Shown one piece after another: positions 53,811 through 64,000 of a stretch of DNA of 64,000 bases. The stretch's first letter is position 1. Every line of letters starts with the position of its first letter. This DNA comes from the human T2T-CHM13v2.0 reference genome, Homo sapiens: the NCBI RefSeq assembly GCF_009914755.1, contig NC_060925.1. One strand, given 5' to 3'. A model generated the notes under the pieces. The model was not told where the DNA came from. It did not search any database and worked only from the letters and a program-made list of their open reading frames with translations. The translations under genes were made by a program, and so were the position numbers.

Positions 53811-54917
53811 TTATTACTTAATATGTCCAGTGTATTTGATAAGAAGAATATTTCTGAAGTCAGATCTATGTAGGGAGAAAACAGTGACAGTGATCCTCTA
53901 AAGAACAAGTGTGGAGGCCCCTATCAGAACACCCTCTCTCTGGGTCATTGTCCTTTTCCTTGGGTCCTTAGATGAGGTGGAGACTGCTGTTGCACGGGAA
54001 GGCTGTGTCCCTCGGGGCTCCTGAGGGCATGTGGAAGAGATATTTTTATTTCTAAGAGTCCTCCTCTCATTCTCCAACAGGTTCCCAACCTTTCCCAGCA
54101 CTGGCCCTGCAGCTCCCTGCCTCCGGCTCAATAGACCTGGCACTCCCGGAAGCAGCTTCCTTTCTTGGCACCAAATGCTCTGAGTGAGGGGTGGAGGTGA
54201 GGGGCTGGCACAGGCTTCTGGAATCTCAATCTAGAAGTGGGGCATGTGGCTGCTTCCAATCTTCTGGTGACCTATACCTGCTTAGCATCCCTTAGGGCCA
54301 AAGCATAGGCAGGGCATGTGTGTTTGCCTGCAGAGGGGAGGGAGGTGCAAAATAGCCCACTCCAAGTGGGGCTTGGGAGGGAACACTTTTTTCTTTCTTT
54401 CTTTCTTTTTTTTTTTTTTTCTACCACTATCCACCTGGAGAGGGAACACTTTTTTCTTTCCCTTATAGTTTCCTAAAGAGAGAAGCTCTCTGCCCAAGGC
54501 ATTCCCAGAGCTGGGACGGGGTGGGTGGGGGTGGAGAAACAGGGAGGACTGTTCAGGTGCTATTTAGCTCCAGGCTGCCAGACCAGGCCCAGCGAGTCCC
54601 AGCAGGCCCTGGAGCACCCCACACCCATGGCCTCAGCTGCACTCCCAGGGGTGCAGAGCTTGGGCCCCCAGCAGCTCAGGGGTGGGGTGAAGGCCATGGA
54701 TCCTTCTTCCATGAAATTGGCTGGAGTAGAGGGGCAATTCTTTGACCTCTGCACAAGAGCCTTGGTTTGGCCAAGTGTCTCTGTGATCTTTTTCACAGAA
54801 AATCTGATACTGTCAGTTCCCAGCTCACAGCCTCTGTAAGAGCTGATGTCTGCCTCCATTTCCACCTCTTCTCCCACTCATTGGCCATGTGTTTCTGCAC
54901 TGGCCTTCTCCCAGTCT

Positions 54918-55001
54918 CTCTGTTCCAGGGCCATTGCATGCACTATTCTCTCGCTCGCCCTCTGTTCCAGGGCCATTGCACACACTATTCTCTCGCTCGC
55001 C
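54918..55001 (+). repeat. 42-bp tandem duplication
   Basis: ctctgttccagggccattgca(tg/ca)cactattctctcgctcgcc, two copies. Confidence 0.95.
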
Positions 55002-55495
55002 ATGCTCTCCCTACTCCCTCTGAGCTAAGCTGACACTCACGTATACTTTGGGTGTCATCTCAAGTGTCACTTTGTCAAGGAAGTCTTCCCTGATGCCCTC
55101 GGCACCCTGCACTTCTCCTCTGCAGCAGTTAGCACAGTTATAATCACTTATCGATCATTAGTTGAATATCTGCACCCCCCTTGCCTATAAGTCCTATAAA
55201 GGCAGTGTTGCTCACATTGGCTTCCTAGCCCCTAGGACAGTGCCTGGCAAATTAAACAGGAGGTCATTAAGCATCTGTTGAAAGAAGAAATGAATGAGTG
55301 AGTGAATGAGTGAATGAACCCTATCTTCCCAATCTCTCTCCAGCTGAGCCTCCTTCTTCATCCCATGGCCGTTGTCTTGGTTACCGCCCCATCATCTCCT
55401 GCCTAGATTATCTTCAAAAGCCTCCCAACTCCAGTCTTATGCTTCCTCCAACCCAAACTCTACACACACACAGTCATCTTTATAAAATGAAAGTC

Positions 55496-56373
<878 letters not shown>

Positions 56374-56724
56374 TTAGGCATCTTTTCCCACCTCCTTCAC
56401 CTGCCCCAGTGTTGTGTCCTCTGGGAAGCCCCAGTTCCTTCTCTGGGCCTGAATGCACAGCACCTAGTGCTTACCTGAATGCCAGCAGCAGTCGCTGGCA
56501 GTAATCCCATCTCTGCTCCCCACTAGGTTCTGAGCCTCTTGAGCCTTTCATCTCTGAACCCCCGCACTTAGTAAATAGCTGGTGTTCAATAAATGTTGGT
56601 CGAATGAATGAATGAGTTACATAGTATCCCTTGTCTCATGCCCCCTCAGCCATGTACTCAGCCAGGAGGGCCCTCCCTCCTCTGGCTAAGATCCCCCTGG
56701 GCCCTCCCAGCCTTGAGCACTCAC

Positions 56725-56845
56725 GGTAGACGCTGCTGCTGCTCCCCTTCTTATCCCCAGAGGTCTCTGGTGGCCCTCGGGGGGTCTGCTGTCCTGTCAG
56801 CTGCTCCACCATGGCCTGATGGGCAAATAGCATGCTGTGCAGGAG
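56725..56845 (-). CDS. ETV3L: ETV3L coding exon 4 (121 nt)
   Basis: cacccctcag|CTCCTGCAC (LLHSMLFAHQ...SSSVY) C|gtgagt; phases fit the neighbouring exons. Confidence 0.88.
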
Positions 56846-56923
56846 CTGAGGGGTGAGAAGTAGGTGCGAGGTGTGATGGGCTCTCCTTGGCATGTATCCT
56901 CCAGTACAATCTGGTACTGTTAG

Positions 56924-57322
<399 letters not shown>

Positions 57323-57562
57323 TGATCCACCCCTAAAGGAGTGGCGACTAGGACAGAAGGAGCCACCCTTTCTCACAGGTGGGTCCTGTACCACCTGGAT
57401 TGTTAATACCCCTGCCTCTGGGGCACTCAGGGTCTAGGATGCAGGAGGAGAAGAAAACTGGAGGCTGATGGGCCCCAGAGGCAAAGAGGAGGGTGGGGAG
57501 CCTCCTGGGCAGAGGGGTAGGACCTGGTGGAGCCCTGAGACAGGGGCCACCTCCGCTCTTAC

Positions 57563-57752
57563 CTCACTCTGCACACCCACGGGCACCAGCGCTGGCCGAC
57601 ACAGGGCAGGGGCCCCCAGCAGCAAGTGGGGGGATGGCGGCGCCCGCACTTCCCACAAAGGATAGTTGACTACGATGAGCTTGCTGAAGTTGAACTTGTA
57701 TGTGAACCTTTTGCCTTTGGTCTTATGCAGGATCCTCTTATTGTAGTAATAT
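57563..57752 (-). CDS. ETV3L: ETV3L coding exon 3 (190 nt, C-terminal half of the ETS domain)
   Basis: ttctccag|A TAT TAC TAC ([22 protein letters not shown])...GAG|gtaaga. Confidence 0.95.
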
Positions 57753-57997
57753 CTGGAGAATTCGAAGTTGAGAATAGAGTTGGCCCAGCAGTCAGAGAAT
57801 AGAGTCAGGGACCCAGTCACATTCTCCTCCCTAGCCGGGCTGACCCTAAGCTGTTCCCCGAGAACCACTAGGCTGCTCACCACAGGCCAGGACACTTCCC
57901 AAGCCTTGGAGGGGTGGGAGTCAGCAGGGGTACCAGAAACCACGGCCCTTTTCCTTGAAATCCCCCCTCTTTGGCCATGTCAGCCGCCTCCTCTCAC

Positions 57998-58235
57998 CTG
58001 AGGGCCCGGCTCAGCTTGTCATAATTCATCTGTGGTTTGCATTTCCTGCGGCCCCAGAGGCGGGCCACCTCATCTGGATCCTTGATGACAAATTCCCCGT
58101 ACTCTCCCTGCTGCCAGGCGATGACATGGCGGAACTCTTCCTTCTGCAGCAGCTCCAGGATGAAGTGCCACAGCTGGATCTGCCGGGAGCCTGGGGACGA
58201 CTCGGCTTTGTAGGCCCAATCAGGGAAGGCCAACC
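57998..58235 (-). CDS. ETV3L: ETV3L coding exon 2 (238 nt, ETS domain)
   Basis: ccacccag|GG...[23 protein letters not shown]...[13 protein letters not shown]|gtgaga; ERF/ETV3-type ETS domain. Confidence 0.95.
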
Positions 58236-58322
58236 CTGGGTGGAGAGGGGAGAGTGAGGGCTCTGGAGGCCCTGCCCTAGGCCACCGTTGGAGCAGGGGG
58301 TAGGCCCGGCCAAGAGGCTCAC

Positions 58323-58380
58323 CTGAGATCCAGTTGCCGGGGTTGGCTGGGATGCCCTCAGCCAAGCAGCTGCAGTGCAT
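58323..58380 (-). CDS. ETV3L: ETV3L coding exon 1 (58 nt)
   Basis: ggaccATG CAC TGC ([19 protein letters not shown]) G|gtgagc. Confidence 0.9.
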
Positions 58381-58664
58381 GGTCCACTCCGGCGAGATGG
58401 GCTGTGTCTGGGCCTTGGGGAAATGGTCACCACTTAAGAGGAAGGGAAGGAAGGAGGCAGAGGGGAGGACAGTGAAAGAGGAAGGAAAAATGGAGGGAAA
58501 GAAGGAAGGAAGGGAGAGGGTCAGGAAAGAAAGAGAGAAAAGGGAAGGGACAAGAGGTTGCCAGTGAAGGGGAGAAAAGGGAACCAGAGGCAGCAAGCTT
58601 CCCCATACCCAGACAGGGCCCAGCCCCCTCTGGGGACCTCCCCGCTGCCCAGGGCTGACTCGGA

Positions 58665-58694
58665 CTCAGGGCTTCCGGCTGAGCTACTTATATA
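58665..58694 (-). promoter_or_regulatory. ETV3L: ETV3L core promoter: TATA box (58688-58694), ETS site CCGGAAG (58672-58678), inferred TSS ~58665
   Basis: Minus strand reads cTATATAAgtagctcagCCGGAAGccctgagt. Confidence 0.7.
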
Positions 58695-58777
58695 GATGGA
58701 GAGAAGTGCAAAGGGTCCTATATCCTGCCCCTGCTGGGGGATTTAGACAGAGAATGAGATCTCTTCTTAGGGCTTAA

Positions 58778-59581
<804 letters not shown>

Positions 59582-60239
59582 GAGCAGGAATTTTTATGGG
59601 CTTTTTTTTGCCAGTCCCAAGGGCCTGGCGCAAAATAGGTGTTCAATAAATGATTGCTGATCGAATGAATGAATGGTAATGGACTTATAGATAGTGTCTT
59701 CTTTGTTGAACATCTGTATCCCGCTCAGAGTGTCAGCTCCGAGATCAGCAACCCTAGCTGTCTTGTTCTCCTCTGCTGGCTCCCCAGATCCCATCGTAGC
59801 ACAGGACATCGTACTCAAAGGTGCTTTATAGATATTTGTTGAATTGGTGAACCATGGACAGGAACCGGGAATCTTGTGGTTCTCCGCTGAGAAGGGTGGG
59901 GAGTTTATGGAATGAGCCCTAGTGAGATAGACTTGCCTGATATAGGAAAAGAGAACAAAATATCTAAGCTCTAAAGCCTTCTGGATGGAACAGAAAGCCT
60001 TCTGGATGGTGCAAAAGGCTGGTTTCCACTATAACTAATGGAAGATGAAACAATATGCAAAGGGACTGGGAGAGGCTGCCTTGGGGATGCAGCACATGGG
60101 AACTGCTCCTGGTGGGCCAGGGCATTGGGAGGTTCCTGGGCGCTTAGGACTGCCTGTGAACAGGGTTACGTGACCCGGGCCTGGCTCTCCATCTCTGGTG
60201 GAGTTAGTGTGCAGTAGTCTCAGTGAGAACTTATTAGGC

Positions 60240-60298
60240 TGTGAGGTCTGGAGGGCGTGTGAGGATTTGTCTGGAGGGCATGTGAGGATTTGTCTGGA
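60240..60298 (+). repeat. 23-bp minisatellite, ~2.5 copies
   Basis: gtctggagggc(g/a)tgtgaggattt repeated. Confidence 0.85.
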
Positions 60299-60449
60299 GT
60301 TGCTTCCTCACTTTCCAGAGGAGGCTCAGACAGGGAAAATGACTTGACCAAAGACAGGTGGTGAGTTAGCTGCCCTGCCCCCTGACTCCTAATCCATAGC
60401 ACTTTCTCATATACTGAGTTGCCTTAAGACTTAAAAAAAAAAAAAATCT

Positions 60450-61255
<806 letters not shown>

Positions 61256-62999
61256 AACCCATAGAACCCATGGGATGCAGCAAAAAGAGGCTGTGGATAT
61301 CAGAAAGTCAGGGAACCCTAGACACTTCAGGTTGTAAGAATCCTGGCACCTCCCACTCCTGGCACCAAATCATCTGGTCTCTCGCTCTCCGTTTCCCAGG
61401 GAATGCTCAGTGCCAGGGATGTAAACTGACAGACAGGCAGTTAGGGGTGGGAGCTTGGAGGCACACATTGTGGCCTGAACTGAGAGTGTCTCTGGAAATT
61501 AAGGTGAATAGGGCAGTGAGTAGATCCAAGCTCACCTGGAATCTGCATGAATAGGTTATCCTACTCATCCCTCTGTCTCTAAACTGGCAGCTGACATTCT
61601 GGAGTCTTCTCCCCTTTCCTCCCCTGAAGCAGATGCCCCCACTCCTCTTCCAACCTCCTTTCCTTCCCTGTCTACTTGGAAATTCCTCCTCAGTCAAACC
61701 TCAATCTGATTAGGATCTCTTCTGCTTCACCTTAGGAAAATGGGCTGGGAAATGGGGCAGGGTGCAGAGGTGAGTTTTGAGAGATTCCAAGGTACGACTG
61801 TTCTCTGGAGGAAGCTGATAGAATTTCCTATGGCTCCCCCTGGCACCTGCTGAGTCTGATGGTGTTTTCTGGTCTGAAGGATGTGAATGAAACCTTAGGG
61901 TAGATTTAGGATCTGGCAAGAAGAGAATAATAAACCCCACCACTGACCAGACACTCAGTGTGCTCTGCACTACTTTAAGCGATTGAAATAGACATATACT
62001 GAAACCTCACAGGAGGTAGCAGAGGGGTTGCATAACTTCCCTAAGGCCATACAGCTCTTAAATAAAAGAGGGGAAAGCAAGACCTTGAGTCAAGATTTAT
62101 AGTGTTCGGCCATCTAGGTAGGCTCCCAACACCCCCTCCCCGACTCCCCCAAAAGAAAAAAAGCCTCAAAATACAAAACCAAAGTGGCATGAGTAGGCAA
62201 GGTCAAGTCTCCAAGCTTCCTGATGCCAGCAGTCTCCTCCCCAGCCTCTCCCGTGTCTGTGAGAGTCCCTGGTGGATCCTTAAGTCTCTGAGGAGCTTGC
62301 CAGCTCTGGGTGTGGAAATCCTTGCTGCTGACAAGTCCTGCCAAACGCCTTCCCTCCATCCTTCCTTTTCTACATGAGCCTCGGAGCTGACTGGGGAACA
62401 CTCAGAAAACACCAGGTCTCAGTTCTGCCTTCATGTCCAAGAGCTGTTCTTGGCACTTAACCTTAACTCCATGCGCTTCACTTTAATCCATGCTCTGGTG
62501 GTGATGCTCCCAAGGCTGGGGGAGGTAGTCCCATTCCGTCCCCACCCCGCCCCTATCTTCCAGGCTCCCACTCCTCCCCTCTTGTGCTGTGGGCTAGACA
62601 CACAAAGCTTGGGGAAGCTCTAACCATGGGTTCTGCACAGCCACTGATTCCCCAAGACCCCCTATGGCAAGATCTTAGAGGAGAATGAGTATTGAAAACC
62701 ATAAATCAAAAAGGATCATAACCCAATCTCAAATGATCAAAGTGGCTTCTCTTAAGCACTTTGTGTTTCTTGAAGGGTTGTAGCAGCCAGCAATTAGTAT
62801 TGTCATCACACCATCATTCTGATTACTAATAATATGATTAACCCCCTTGGCCAGTGTAAATGTTCATTACAACACATGTATGTTTTAGGTCATTACTTAA
62901 TAAAAGCAATACAGATGCTGAAGATAACAGTAGAGAGTAAGCCTTAAGCTAGGGCTTGGAGCCAAAGGAAATGTCCAAAGCACAGGTCACCTTTTGAAG

Positions 63000-63222
63000 A
63001 TTTTAGTTAATATGAATTGAGCCCCTATCATGCTCCCAGTATGGGGTTTAACATGTTTTCCTATGTTACTTCATTGACTCTTCACAATAACCCTTCGAGA
63101 TGGGCATTATCTGTTTTGTATGCTAAGGAAATTGAGGCTCAAGATTAAGAGACTTGCATAATATCCTGGCCAAGTGGTGGAGCTGGATGGGAACAGGTCT
63201 GTCTGACTTCAGGCTCCAAGCT
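63000..63222 (-). mobile_element. MIR SINE
   Basis: cttcacaataaccct...aggaaattgaggctca...acttgc...aggtctgtctgacttca. Confidence 0.7.
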
Positions 63223-64000
63223 GTAATCAGTCAATCAGGGCAGAAAAGTTGAGGATGAAACTTCAGAGCAGAGAGGTGAGGCTGATGGGAGGCCCTGGGC
63301 CCTGAAGGAAGCACTTCTAGTCTAAACCCTCCATGTGGGCTCTTTGCTGGAAAAATTATCCACAGAGTCCCCAGAAAGCCAGAGGACAGCCAGCCAAATG
63401 GGCAGAGAGCAATACAGAAAGGATGAGAAAGACAAGAACCTACAGAATCTTAAAAAAAAAAAAAAAAAAAGTCAGAGTGTTCAAGACCAATGCCGCATGT
63501 ATACAAAGTGGAAAGTTGCATCAAAAGTCCCTTTGTTGTTGGGGCCTTTTAAGGGGCTGAAGTGGATTGACTGCATAATCAGATTGATTGGACAAACCAA
63601 GTGTTTTCAGTGACTGCTTGATTGATTCAGTGGGAAAATGGGACTGTGTGTAAATACAAAGGCAGCGGGAAGAGATGGGCCATGTGAGTCAGCAAGAAAG
63701 AGAGTGAATCAGAGAGTATCAGAAAGAGAAAGAGTGATGCAGAAATCAAAAGCTGTGGACACAGGTGAGGTCCAGAATATGGCCCAGGGGATGGAAAGAT
63801 CAGAGTGGAGAAACCAGCTTAGAGGAGCGACAGTGCAGGGAGAAACCCCTTGGAGACATTGCGTTGGTGACCTCCAGAGGGTATTTTGTGCTCGTCAGCC
63901 CTGAACAAACTGCATCCCCCACCCCTACACCAAATCCCCAATCTGATTAGAAGCTTCTGGTCTCTCCTCTTGATCTCAGCCCCAAGTGGAGAGTGGTTAG

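Overview
Primate, almost certainly human, genomic DNA. I recognise it as the ARHGEF11-ETV3L interval on 1q23 from recalled protein sequences; no database search was run. Left: the 5' end of ARHGEF11 on the - strand (first coding exon 3113-3144, MSVRLPQSIDR), a long uORF-rich leader and a CpG-island promoter (~4290-5260). Middle (~5.6-50 kb): repeat-dense intergenic DNA containing a nested old-L1 block (10.6-26.4 kb), a processed SMU1 pseudogene (-), a processed KRT8 pseudogene (+), MaLR LTRs, DNA transposons and roughly 40 Alu elements. Right: the complete 5-exon ETV3L gene on the - strand, which I spliced by hand into an intact 361-aa ETS-domain ORF, with a TATA box and two poly(A) signals. 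I see no prokaryote-type system and no convincing novel protein-coding gene. The best leads are: (1) a probable L1PA 3' transduction at 23.0-25.3 kb; (2) translational-control features in both leaders, namely a strong-Kozak 59-aa uORF in ETV3L and five uORFs in ARHGEF11, four of which could be skipped by splicing; (3) an ETS site between the ETV3L TATA box and its TSS; (4) a stop-free, in-frame ETV3L intron 1; (5) several small template-switch or duplication footprints. Repeat boundaries and subfamily names were called by eye and are approximate.
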